DNA of 64,000 nt from Octopus bimaculoides (GCF_001194135.2 NC_068985.1:35446014-35510013), one strand, 5' to 3'. Numbered from the stretch's first letter, positions 12,236 to 24,501 are shown. The notes: a model not told the origin generated them from the letters alone. Program-made: numbers and translations.

Positions 12236-14760
12236 CTCTTAAAAGATTTGAAAGCATTGGATCTGTGTATATTCAGTATTTAGTACCCTTTTCTATATCT
12301 AACATCCATATTATACTTCTCCTCCCTTCTCTAATTATCTATAGGTCCCAGCCTGAAAGTCCTCTGGAACAGACCAGTTGATTCTCATCAATGCCCAGAA
12401 TTTCATTGAATGTTGTCACACTTACACACCACTAATTCTCTATAGAACACTAAAGTGGAACTTCCAACTGCATTGCCCAATTGACAGGAGACTCTGAGTA
12501 CCTGAAGACACTCTAAGTACTAGGTGCTCTGCTTTAGTCTACTCTTGATCTACAACCACAACTCAGTCAAAGAAATAGGCTGTGGAAGAGCAAATCTGAC
12601 AAACAGCAACCCCACCTTCTTACTAACAAGAAAACATTGGGGATGTCATAGCCTCAATGCAAGTCTGTGTATCAGCAGCCACGACATGCCCAGTCCTCTA
12701 TTCAGCAGGTGTTGACAGCAAATGGAGTGCTTGACCAGTGGAGAATATCCCCTCCAGTTTGGTCACACACAAACTAGGGTGAGGCATGATGGTCAGGCAG
12801 TAATATATGATGTAGACAATATATGCATTCACCACTTCTGCCTGATCTTTCAGAAACAACTTTCTCTCAGCCCATTTCTGAGTGAGATTGGCCACCCTGC
12901 ATTCAAAATGTAAAAGACCTCAGAAAAAATACTGCAATGGAATTTGTCCAATGCACCAGTGATTTTTCTCTATCTGGAGGTCCAGACCAAACCAAAACCC
13001 AAGTAATTTAACTAATCCCTCCATCCAGCATCCCATGACATTATTGGATGGCATGGACTTGCCTCTCCAGATGCCAAACTTTAAGCCCACTGACTGTCCT
13101 CAGTTAATTTTTGCTCCTGTCATTGCTTCATATTCTTTTAGAACAGTGCCAATCAGGTTCATGTTCAACACTATGACAGTGACGTCATAAGCATATGCTG
13201 ACTCAGTTCTCCCACTTCCTGGTTCACATTGGATGTTTTTCGATGCTTCCAGTTTCCACAGTAGTTGCCTTAAAGTCAACACATACAGAATAGATGAGAG
13301 GAGACACCCTTGGCAAGCCAAGTACATGGTGCTGAATAGTTCCAATAAGTAACCAATCATCCAGTCTATTGAGCAGATGTCATTGTACATTGCAGCAATC
13401 CAACCATTGTAAATGGGACTGAAACTGGCCACCATGAGAATAGCCACCAAATATTGGTGGTCGACCCTATTATTGAAGGCTATTGATCAATCCAAATTGA
13501 TCAGGTGTCACCCATGCCAGCTTCTTTATCTACTATGTCTATGATATATCACATAAGGTGGAGGTTGTCATGGACAGAGCTGCTTAGAATGGTACATGTT
13601 TGCACATCCCCAATCAGCTCCTTGACAAGCACCAACTTTTTGATATCACTTTGACCAAATTTTTTTAATCTGCATTCAGCTGCATAATGGGTCTAAAATG
13701 TTCTATTTGATGCCCCTTGTTTGAGTCCTTTCTTAGCAGTGCCACCACTCCTTGACCTACAGAACTAGGAATTCTCCCATTCTGCTGCCAGTTGTGGCAG
13801 ATATATGCTAAGAGGCCACCAAACAAGTCGGGCATATGAAAGTAAATTTCATAGGGCAGGCCATCCAAACCAGGCAATTCGCCCCCCACTTCCATGCAGC
13901 ATCCATGATTGCATCTTGTATTTTTGGGACTGTTGTCAGCCTTTTGTGATGCTCCACCCACCTTAGCAAGAGTGGGTGGAGCATCAAGGTAGGCACTGAA
14001 GATCCATCCTGCATTCCAGACTGCCATTCATCCCAATCAGCTGAGTGAAGTCCTGTTGAAATGCTGCAATCATCTGCTCAGGTTCAAGTACCATGCATCC
14101 ATTTTGGTTCACCAAAAACCAAATTGTGGCTTTGTTGCCACATTGTGCCTCTTCCACTGAGGCCCATCAGATGGTTTTTGTTCCTTCGTTTCTTAGAGCA
14201 TGCATCTTAGCTTTGATAAGGCATTCTTCATGCTTAGTGTTGAAGAACTTGTCCAGGGACAATCTCATCATGAGCACATCAGTTTCAGTGCCTTTCTTAA
14301 GCACCTCTAAGTTACCCTCTATTTTATTTCTTTGTTACTAATGCCTTACTAAACCTAATGGATTCTGCTCTAATTGCCCTTTTCAGAGCAAACTACCAAT
14401 TGTTGTTGAGGACTGACTCCATCAGCGCCTGCTTAACTAATACACAGATCCAGTATGTAGGTTTGGCATGCCAAAAGTGATGCATTCAGCTTCCTGTAGC
14501 CAACTCCCTGCCTATGAGGCCTATTTAGGTCAACTGTGTAGATCGCAAGTTTATGGTCTGTGTAACTGACAATAGCTTTCGGCATTGTCATTGAGTGTTT
14601 TATTGCCTTTTCTTCCATAGAGAATCTTACCTTTACTGTACCATACCTTCTTCCTCTGGTGATGTAACTTTTAATAATCCAGACTGGTCTTAGACATTTT
14701 TCTATGTCTTTTTCTGTAAACATTTTTCCATGCCTTTTTCTGTCATCTGTTCTAATTCTT
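12236..14760 (-). mobile_element. Decayed L1/Tx1-clade LINE (ORF1/EN remnant + RT)
   Basis: Minus-strand peptides LPGLDGLPYEIY..FGGLLA..NWQQNGRIP..GVVALLRKD..FRPI (RT N-terminal) and SYTDHKL..GVGYRKLNASLL (APE endonuclease C-terminal); many stops and frameshifts. Confidence 0.8.
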
Positions 14761-15398
14761 TTGTTTTAATAGTAATTTTTCTATAAGTAACCGTATTTGG
14801 TTTTGTCTTTTGTTGGACACAGAACAGGATTGTTAACATTGTGTCTTACGTGTTTCATTAACATGTATTTTGCTTGTTTTAATTTATCTACCAGGATAGT
14901 GATTTTTTCTCTTGTAATCAGTGGACAATATTAGCAAAGGCAGTGATGGGTGAGTTGTCTGTTGTGTCTTCTTATTGTGGTTGCAGCAAAGGGGAAAAAT
15001 GTTGGCTTGTTGGTCAGACAGTTTTAAATGCACAAATCATTTTCACATCTTTCTTTCTGTAGAGGTTCTTGTTGATTTCATGTTCTTTCTCATTTGTTTA
15101 GTTATTGCTATTTTTAGTATTGTGGTTGTTATTGTTTTGATTGGCACTGACTGTGGTAGTAATGGTGGTGGTGCTGGTGATGCTGATTTGAGCTGGTCAA
15201 AAGCTCTCCAAGTATTTCTAAAATTTTTGGTTGATTCAAAAGTTTACTCAAATATTTTTTTGTATCATCCTTCTGTAAGCTAACAAATCTTTGAGAAGTT
15301 AGCTTCATCTAATTTCAGCCCTTTGGTGTCTAAAACTGTTTATCATTTTCAGACTGACCATGTTTGAAATAACAATAATAATAGTAATAATAATAATG

Positions 15399-15697
15399 AC
15401 AAGAGCACTCAGAGAACACAAACCTCCACCAAGGCAACACCAACGTTTTAAAATATCTGAAATAAACTCAACTGCTCTCAAAAATGAAGTAAAAGACAGG
15501 AAAAATAATCCAGAATCCTTGTCCAGAACCGGATCAATTCCAGAATGTAATCAGTTCACGCCAGTCATGAGGCCAAACATCCTTGAAAGTTTCATCCAAA
15601 TCCATCCAGCAGTTTTTGAGATGACTTGTTCACGGACAAACAAACAATCAAGCATGACTGAAAACAATACCCCCACCTTCGCTTAGGTGGAGGTCAT
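15399..15697 (+). mobile_element. Short non-autonomous element, HINE/Helentron-like ends
   Basis: 5' acaagagcactcagagaacacaaacctccaccaagg. 3' hairpin ccacct-tcgctt-aggtgg. Subterminal inverted repeat acctccacc/ggtggaggt. Sits in an (AAT)-rich tract. Confidence 0.5.
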
Positions 15698-15859
15698 AAT
15701 AATAATTTATACCTCTCAATCTTTCTCTAAATTATTTTGTATGTTCCTAAAATAAAAGGGGGAAAATAATGCAATATTGCTAATTCCCACAATGTTTGTT
15801 TGTACTCATTCTGTGATTAAGTACCTACTGAAGAAATTAAAGGTAAATGAATGACTACT

Positions 15860-16530
15860 GAGGGCCATGCCACCCATGTAGAGAAGCTCAGTCAAGAAGG
15901 TGAAAACCAGCAATGAGTTCAGTGATGAATCTAATGTGCCTGTAGGGATTTATCAGGGCTCAGTTCTCAGCCTTTCCTGTTTATTACAGGCCTCCAAGTC
16001 ATAACTGAGGAATTTGAGGCCAGCTATCATTAGGAACTCTTGTATACTGATGGTTTAGCTCTTACAGCAGAATCTGTTGAAAAACTAGAGCAGAAGTTCT
16101 TGACATGGAAGCTAAACCTAGAATTGAAGAACCTTATATCAAACTTTGAGAAAAATTAGCATTTTAATAAGTATGCAGGAAAGGACTCCGGAGGAATTCT
16201 GTGATGTGAGCCTAGTGTAAAAGGTAAGCAAAGGTGACATGAGATGTAGTGGGGTAATATGTAGGTTAAAGTAGAAGGCAAATTTCATGTACAGAAGGAT
16301 CATTAGAGTAACAAACACTGAAAAGCTCTCAGGATGTAGATTCTCTCAAATGCCCAGATGTCTCCTTAGAAGTAGCTGATAACCTTTGTTACCAATCTGT
16401 CTTAACAGCCAAAAAGGTTGCAAAAAAGTTCAGGGAGTTATCATCTTTGTTGGGAACAAAGGGATTCTCTCCAAAAATGAAGGGCAGATTTTCTAATGTT
16501 GATATGCAGAGTCCAACACTGCACACTTTT
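15860..16530 (+). mobile_element. Decayed RTE LINE RT fragment upstream of exon A6
   Basis: Translates in pieces to GIYQGSVLS..ITEEFE..ELLYTDGLALTAESVEKLEQKFLTWKLNLE..KFRELSSLLGTKGFS. Confidence 0.8.
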
Positions 16531-16720
16531 TTACTTAATTTATGTGATTTCCTAAGGTAAATGAGAAATATAATATAATATTGCTAATTACTACTTATAC
16601 TACTTTATATATGTAAGAGAGTGAATATTTTTTATTAATATTTATCCTGGTACTTTCCATACTACATTAAAATATTTTAAATGTTATTTATAATTATGCC
16701 ATTTTTTTAATTCCTTAAAG

Positions 16721-16771
16721 ATGTGGATGATTTTTATGCTAATGTCAATACACCAAGCATGAAACCTGATG
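16721..16771 (+). CDS. Micro-exon A6 (51 nt): DVDDFYANVNTPSMKPD
   Basis: atttttttaattccttaaAG|atgtggatgatttttatgctaatgtcaatacaccaagcatgaaacctgatg|GTAAAC; phase compatible with the 17941 exon. Confidence 0.75.
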
Positions 16772-16834
16772 GTAAACACGATTATATTCAATTCATTAAT
16801 ATAACTACATTCATTTAGCAACAAGTTAGTAAAT

Positions 16835-17230
16835 CATCATCGTTTAACGTCCGTTTTCCATTCTTGCATGGGTTGGACGGTTTGACTGAGGACTAGCAAG
16901 CCAGTAGGTTGCATTAGGCTCCAATCTAATCTGGCAAGATTTCTACAGCTGAATGCCCTAGCTAATGCCAACCAATCCGACAGTGTAGTCGGTGCTTTTT
17001 ATGTACCACTGGAATGGAAGCCAGTCAGGCAGCACTGGCATCAACCATGTTCGGATGGTGCTTTTTATGTGTCACCTTGCACAGGTGCCAGTCAGGGGCA
17101 CTGACATTGACCATGTTCGGATGGTGCATTTTATGTGCCACTGGCACAGGGAGCCAGTCAGGCAGCACTGGCATTGACTCACCCTAAATGGTGCTTACTA
17201 CGTGCCACCAGCACGGGTGCCAGTCAGGTG
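16835..17230 (-). mobile_element. SINE-like element, (GAT)n-tailed family with internal ~70-bp repeats
   Basis: catcatcatcgtttaacgtccgttttccattcttgcatgggttggacgg is the reverse-complemented tail; repeated ggtgctttttatgtg(t/c)cac units. Confidence 0.8.
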
Positions 17231-17940
17231 GCACTGGCATTGGCTACAACTCCGATTTCCATTTTGATTTTCATTTTAATTTTCTGTGTGTAGAATAAGC
17301 AGCTTAATGTTCCATGTATGAACATATTTACATAAAACTTTGAAAATTCCATTGCATATATAATAAACATCTTGCAGGAATTCACATTAACTCCGATACT
17401 TTACACATTTATTTATTCTTACTAGTTCATAAACTAACATTATGTTCACTAGACAAGAAAATCAAAGTATAGAAGAGATTTACAATGGTGAATTTCACAT
17501 CTTGAGCAACTACTGTTGTTGAGTACCCACCATCAGTCCTGCTTATGGACATCTCTTACATGAAAGTAATGTTGAAAAATAGTGAACAGATTCTCTTAAT
17601 GGTAATTTTAGTACTTTTAAATATCAATAAAATATTTGAGCGACAGAAATAGTAGAAGGCAATACTAAATACTTGGGCATATTCAATTTAGTCCCACTGC
17701 ATTCTGAGCTCAAATCCCATTGATATCAGTTTTGACTTTCATCTTTCTCTGATCAACATAATAAATATCAATGGTATTCTAGATTGACTGTCTCCTAATT
17801 TGTATCTACTGTCAAAAATTGCTATTTTTTAATGCTGCTTATATGATTGCTTTTCTTTTTGATAAGTTTTGTATTAATAGTATGTGTTATGTTTACTATA
17901 TTTTATATTCAACTGTTATATTCTACATGTCTAAAAACAG

Positions 17941-17990
17941 AAGATGGTAGCATGAATGACAATTATGAGAGCAACAATCAAAGTAATGAG
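17941..17990 (+). CDS. Penultimate coding exon (50 nt, phase 1-0): EDGSMNDNYESNNQSNE
   Basis: ctaaaaacAG|aagatggtagcatgaatgacaattatgagagcaacaatcaaagtaatgag|GTAAAT. Bridges phase-1 A exons to the phase-0 terminal exon without a stop. Confidence 0.7.
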
Positions 17991-18337
17991 GTAAATCCAT
18001 AAATATATTTTAATTTTCTTTTATAGTGGTTATATCGAGATATTATCTTCAAAAAATTATTTAAAGATGTGTTTTTTACTGTCCTTTTCTTAAAGGTAGA
18101 TAATAGAGCAGTTGAGATAAGTTTAAATTATTCCTTCATATTGTTATTTTTGCATTTAATACTGTATGTGAAAACCAAACAGTGTTTTATTGATTTTTCA
18201 TATTTCTTTAATAATGATGTATTAAAAATGTATACTTCTAATATGTTTAAATGTCTGTTTATAAATTTAAAAATGTTCTGATATATAATTGTTTATACTT
18301 GTAGTATGTCATTGTGTTTTTTTTTAATTCAATTTAG

Positions 18338-18463
18338 CCTGAATCTGTTCAAGAATGTAATTATGCAGAACTTGAGTTTAGAAACGATCCTGGACCAAGC
18401 AAACCAGTACCAAAACCTAAAGAAGAAGAAACTATTTATGCTGATCTAATATTGGACTGTTAA
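18338..18463 (+). CDS. Terminal coding exon: PESVQECNYAELEFRNDPGPSKPVPKPKEEETIYADLILDC* (ITIM/ITSM-like tyrosine pair)
   Basis: T-rich tract + tttAG at 18336-37, 41 open codons then TAA, exon-like composition in very AT-rich surroundings; ATTAAA at 18508-18513. Confidence 0.8.
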   Translation, partial: PESVQECNYAELEFRNDPGPSKPVPKPKEEETIYADLILDC

Positions 18464-20450
18464 TCTAAATATTTTGCCATTTTTTAATCATGTTGATATA
18501 TGTACCAATTAAAGCCACTCTACATTTTATTCACACTCTTAAACAGATGCTAGTAGTTTACAAAGTACAGATAATCAGAGTACTTCTTTCATTTATAAAA
18601 CAGTGAACACTTCCATTTACATGTCCAAGAAGAAAAATACCTTCTCAAGGCAAGTCTTCATTCACCAGTACTATCTTGTCCTTTGCCTTTCACTGGTCTT
18701 TGTGCTCCTGTTTTTTTACCTGCTTTTTGTAAACCATGAGTGTGCTAACTTTATATTATTCCCATCTGAAACCACCTGACATTCTCACATTCCTCTTCTT
18801 TCCAATTCTATTGTGTCTCATCTACCATAAAATTTGATAGACATCAGCTACTTCTCTTCCTCTATTACTATGCATTCCCTTCATCATATAACTTGCAGCA
18901 GTTTAAATTAACCAAGTGCCAATAATAACCCTTCAGATATACCATTCTCCCTGTTCCTAAGCCTAAGAAGCTATTAGCTGATATTTTTCTCTTTACACAA
19001 ACAAATATAGCCAAATATAAGGAAAACATTTAAATCTTTTACATCTTTTTTGTATCTGATACTCAAAGCTTTATTTTTTTATAATTATTTAAAATTTTGA
19101 TAATGTGTTTTGTGCTCCATAACCTTTTTGGAAGAATGGATATCACAGTCCTTGGTACTGCTTAGTCTATTCTTCAAACGATTTCAAATAATGTGATAAC
19201 TATTGACTGTGGTTACACTGGTTTTGTGTATCAAAAATCATTTCTTTCTCTTTAGATATATTTGTCAGTTTATTTCTAGAAACAATACATGGACCTGCAA
19301 TTATAGTACACTGTTACAGATATTTATTTTTGGTAAGATTTTTTAAAAATGTATATTTTATAAAGTAACAAGTTTTCAGTAGTGCTTTTGGTAGCATTAT
19401 AAGAACACAATACATTAAAGATTTTGGACAAGATTCTAGATCTTATTTATGATTCATATGTTCCTATTCTATAAAGTGTGTTAAGTAATATACTGAATTT
19501 TTTTTTAATGCAAATTGTAATGTTTCCAAGATTGATACAAAGATTCACTTTTGTAGTAATAAATAGCCAAGTTAATTAACCTCAGCACATGCCTTTATAA
19601 AGTTATCCATTATAACACATTAGTCACCCTTAACAAGTGAGCATTGCATGTAGGTCTTTACTAGCTTTATAGATTTGGACTAAATATCTAAAAATACCAT
19701 TCCATTAAGAGTTTCTATGTCATATGCAGCAACTGCATTGACAAATTCTTATTCTTTTATTCTTATAGATGTCTACAAATAAGCATTTGCCAGCATGGAA
19801 GGCAGGCATTAAACTATGATGATTAATGAAGTAAATCCAGTTAAAATTTTGTTTTTTTGTTTTCCAATGTGAATCATTATAAGACAAACACAATATGGCT
19901 GTTAATTTGTTTATTTTTGGTACTTATGTGAGTTTGCTCTCCAGTTGTCTATAACTAGGCAACAGTTATGACTAATTTTAATTTGTTGATGAAGTTATCT
20001 TTTTTTTTCTTGTTTTTTTTTGTTGTTTATTTTATTCATAAAACTATATGCTGATTAAATTTGTTTCTGATGGGGTTTGGACCCCATTAAGCAAATTTTT
20101 TTCAAATCATTTCCAGTTTTTGAAATTTGCCTCATCAAACTTGAAATCTTGATCTTATTGCAGAAATTTTATATTATTTACTTTTTGTAATTTTACTTAC
20201 ACAAATGTATTCAGATTTCTTTCTGTCACATTCATGTGTGTGTGTGTGCATTCTTGAGCAAAACTATTTCACATTGGTCTGTGATCATTTTGACATTTGA
20301 AGTGTTGCACGCTTCTGCACTTGTGCAGGCAATGTTGATTTGATAGAGGAAGTGAATAACTATGCAGCATAAATATTTAATTATTATAAACAGATCATTT
20401 GTGGAACAAAAACTGAACATTCATGTCATCTTCAATGGGAGATTCCATTG

Positions 20451-20482
<32 letters not shown>

Positions 20483-20745
20483 GTAAGAGGAGAGATATAA
20501 AATCTAGGCAGATACCAAATTTCGCTCTGTAAAATTCCAAGGCTGGTTCCTTCAGATAATGCATTTTTGGTAAACTTCCTGTAATTCCCATCTGATGTTA
20601 CAGTTTCTTTCTTGACTATTTAGAGTGTAAAGTACAATATTGATAATAAGGAGAATGAAGAATTCGATCAGTCAAACTTTATGTTTATTTCCAGTTAGTT
20701 TATTCATAATAATTGCCCTACATGTGTTTTGATCACACTAACTGC

Positions 20746-21345
20746 ATCATCGTCATCATCATCGTTTAACGTCCGCTTTCCATGCTAACATGGGTTGGAC
20801 GATTTGACTGAGGACTGGTGGACCAGAAGGCGACACCAGGCTCCAATCTGATTTGGCAGAGTTTCTACAGCTGGATGCCCTTCCTAACGCCAACCACTCC
20901 GGGAGTGTATTGGGTGCTTTTACGTGCCACCGGCACGAGGGCCAGTCAGGTAGGTACTGGCAACGGCCATGCTCGAAATGGTGTATTTTATGTGCCACCT
21001 GCACAGGGCCAGTCCAGGGGCACTGGCAACAATCTCACTCGGATGTCTTACTGGCAAAGGCCACGCTCGAAATGGTGTATTACATGTCACCTGCACAGGG
21101 CCAGTCCATCGGCACTGGCAACGATCTCACTCGAATGTCTTTTCACGTGCCAGGAAAGCAACGTTGGTAACGATCCACGGCCACACTCGAAATGGTGTAT
21201 TTTACGTGTCACCTGCACAGGAGCCAGTCCATCAGCACTGGTAACGATCTCGCTCGAATGACTTTTCATGTGCCACTGGCACAAGTGCCAGGAAGGCGAT
21301 GTTGATAACGATCACGCTGGTGCTATTTATGTGCCACCGGCACTT
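20746..21345 (-). mobile_element. SINE-like element, (GAT)n-tailed family, with an expanded internal ~70-bp tandem repeat
   Basis: catcatcgtcatcatcatcgtttaacgtccgctttccatgc, followed by about 6 copies of ..ctcgaaatggtgtattttatgtgccacctgcacagggccagtc..ggcactggcaacg.. Confidence 0.85.
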
Positions 21346-24115
21346 TAAAATAACACTTTAAAATAACAATAATAATAAGAAGAATTTAAAATACAACTCA
21401 CTACTTCTCTTAATATCCATGTGGTTCTTACTGCATAGAAATTATCCACAACCACTCTAAATAACCTTCACAAAAATTCAAATAATATAATAAAATCTGA
21501 AATCCATCAAAAAGCCATGTGACTATAAAGTATGTAGAATCTATCAAATGAAAAGTATTCTATAAATAACCACTCCCCAGCTAGTCAAGAATATTTGTCA
21601 ACTTCAACAAACACTGCTGCTGATGATGAATTTTAGCCAAACAATCAGTTGAGAAAAACAGCTCATCAATGAAAGTAATGGTTTACTACTACTACTACTA
21701 CTGAGCCTAATACAAACTAATAATGGAGGAAAATTCCTTTTCGAACAATGTCATACTTATATACCCTGAAGAGATTGTACTAATAAAGCATAACTTGCTG
21801 CATATAAATATGCAGTTAATGTGATTGAAACATGTGTCAGAAAATTATGATGAATAAACTAACTGAAAATAAACAAAGTCTTAATGTTCAAATTCTTCAT
21901 TCTCCTTATTATCAATATATATATATGGAGAAAAGAATATAAGAAAATTTGATTTGGTGGTTGAAAATGTGCCTGAGTCTTAAAATGTGGTCATTTTGAA
22001 ATTGTGCAACAGATTTATTAAAATACCAGTTTCAACAGTTTTTTTTTTTTTTTTTTTTTTTTTTGTTTATCAATGCTAAAAAAATTTTTAGGAATGATTG
22101 AAGATACAATGGAAAATTCAGAAAAACATGCGAAAAAGATCAAATGTTCATACAAATTCCAATATTCAATAATATATATATATTTTAACATACACACACA
22201 CACATGCAACGTCAGTGTTATAATCCATGATAATATCACTTTGGTACTTTTTGTTTATCTCACCCCTATTAAAAAATTGCCATTAAAAAATTGGGTTACC
22301 TCCCCACTAAAATTTTGAGCTTTTGTGGGGACAAGAGATTGAATTAAAAGAGATCCTTTTGATTCAATACTTCAACACATTGTTGACTTTTGGCCCCCTC
22401 AATAGGCATGGTATGATCTCTTATTAAAATGTTATCAGATTCAATAAGATGTTTAACTTTTTCAGTTTTCATGTTTATTAATTTTTCATTCTTTTTTTTT
22501 GTTTTATTGAGAGTTAAACAATTTTTTAGTTGAGGGAGATAACCAAAAGTACTGAAGTACTATCTCATTTTTTATATTCAGCATTTTCAATCCTTTTGAA
22601 TCTAGATTCAATTTTTTTGTGTTTCTTTTTAATATTGATATATTTGGATTAAAATCCATTCTTTTTTATATTATGTGTATATTTTTGTTACTCATGTTTA
22701 ATCATTTTTATATAAAGGGATACCTTAATATGTATATATTTTGTCATCATAATATAAAATTGGAATATCCCTCAAAAATATGCATGTTGAAAATACCTAC
22801 CTAAAATAAACAGACAATTAAAGATATTTTTATTTTATTCCTTATGTTGTAAGTATTGAATCAATAATACATGTATGTGATTTGTTAATGAATTCAATAT
22901 TAACCCTTAAATCAGCTAGTTGAGCTGACCTATGAGCCACAACTGCCCTATTCTTTTAAGAGCATATCTGGAATAGATTATCTGATGTGTTCTTTTCTCT
23001 CGCAAGACATGAGGATGTAATTTGAGGGAGACTTGGCTGCTTTTTCTAGAAAGTCTGATTACCATGAAGAGGCTTTCTCTCATTGGCTCAGCAATACACA
23101 TTGTTGGGATACTAGTCTGCTTGATGAAGTGCCTGCCACTTTGCATACTATTAATGGCATACGTTCTTTTCCAGGCAGATACCTACTTAACTTTTAATGC
23201 AATGCCGTGATATTTTGAGTGGATATGTTGCACTATTGCAAGCAGTAGTGAAATGCCTGAATTCGTGAGTGCTGAATTAGCTTGCCAAACTGTGCTCAAG
23301 TATTTCTATGGACCTGGAGGAAGTAGTAGGATATGTTCTAGTGTATTTCCCTTCAAATCCTTATTTGAGGATTTAGCTTTTAGGAGTTTCCAAGAACACA
23401 ACAGTTTATAGTTCATTATACTCTGCTCACATCCTACACATATGACTAAGTGAATTCTAACTAAATATTATATTTTAAAAGTTTCCTCTGAAACTGAATT
23501 ATGTCGACTACTTTCATAAAAACAATTTCTCAGATTCATAAGAAACGGGGAGTATATGCAGTTATTCTTCTAAAGTGTATTAGCATTGTAAGAGAAATGA
23601 AACTTCAATTGAAAATTAAAGCACCATACAAACTTGCCTCACAGATAGTTTGCATCTGCTCAACAGCACCCCTACTTAAAGCTAAATAATATTACATTAT
23701 ATAATTTGTAAATATTTACAAAAAAATAAAGTGGTTAGCACTAGTAATGGTATCAAATTATCAAATTATTATTTTCATTGTAGAAGTCAGAGATAATGTT
23801 TTTTAATCCATAAATGAAACTAAACTGATTTTTATGAAATAAAAATAGTAGAAGATTATCATAGTTTATGAACAGGTATCACATTGTTTCTTGAACAAAT
23901 ACATGATTACTCTTATCTTAATTATCTGAAATATTTAATTTCTAAACAATTCTACAAACAAATAAGCAATCTTGTATATTTTAATTTTATCCACTATTTC
24001 AGCAAGCACAGTGAAAGCTAGACTTTGCTGATGAGACAGTCCTATATTTAAGAGATGAGGGATTATGTACATTATTTACGTTTGATAGATATTTGTCCTC
24101 ATCTTGTTTGTTGTT

Positions 24116-24158
24116 AACATGTTTCGGCTGATATACCCTCCAGCCTTCATCAGGTGTT
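24116..24158 (-). ncRNA. Degenerate minimal type-I hammerhead ribozyme motif (left arm)
   Basis: rc = aacac CTGATGA a ggctg gagggtatat cagcc GAAAC atgtt. Core boxes and stem II are intact; the cleavage-site triplet is altered. Confidence 0.55.
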
Positions 24159-24222
24159 TTGGAGAAATTTCAAACCTGGGTTCTCATTCCTAAGGTATTT
24201 TCTGATGTTATTATTATTATTA

Positions 24223-24288
<66 letters not shown>

Positions 24289-24341
24289 TCACTGCCTGGA
24301 ATCAATTTATAAGCCCTAAAATTCACTCCATAGTTGCCCTT

Positions 24342-24415
24342 GAGCATATGGCGTAGTGGTTAAGAGCGCAGGCTACTAACCCCAAGATTCCGAGTTCGAT
24401 TCCAAGCAGTGACCT
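24342..24415 (+). promoter_or_regulatory. tRNA-derived Pol III internal promoter (SINE head)
   Basis: A box tggcgtagtggt and B box gagttcgattc; no convincing complete acceptor stem, so not called a tRNA gene. Confidence 0.7.
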
Positions 24416-24501
24416 GAATAATAATAATAATAATAATAATAACAATAATAACATCGAAAAATACCTTAGGAATGAGAACCCAGGTTCAAAATTTCCCCCA
24501 A

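Noticed and set aside
15360-15686. 108-aa ORF
   Set aside because: Lies entirely in a short non-autonomous repeat and an AAT tract; no domain recognised.
20900-21345. CRISPR-like periodic repeat
   Set aside because: Units are contiguous diverged minisatellite copies without unique spacers, in a eukaryotic SINE-like element; no cas genes.
22916-23440. GC-richer stretch with 60-90-codon open frames on both strands
   Set aside because: Interrupted by stops, no recognisable domain and no convincing splice-site pair; possibly old transposon debris or UTR.
24342-24415. Possible tRNA gene
   Set aside because: A/B boxes are present but there is no complete cloverleaf or acceptor stem, and it continues into a repeat body; it is a SINE head.
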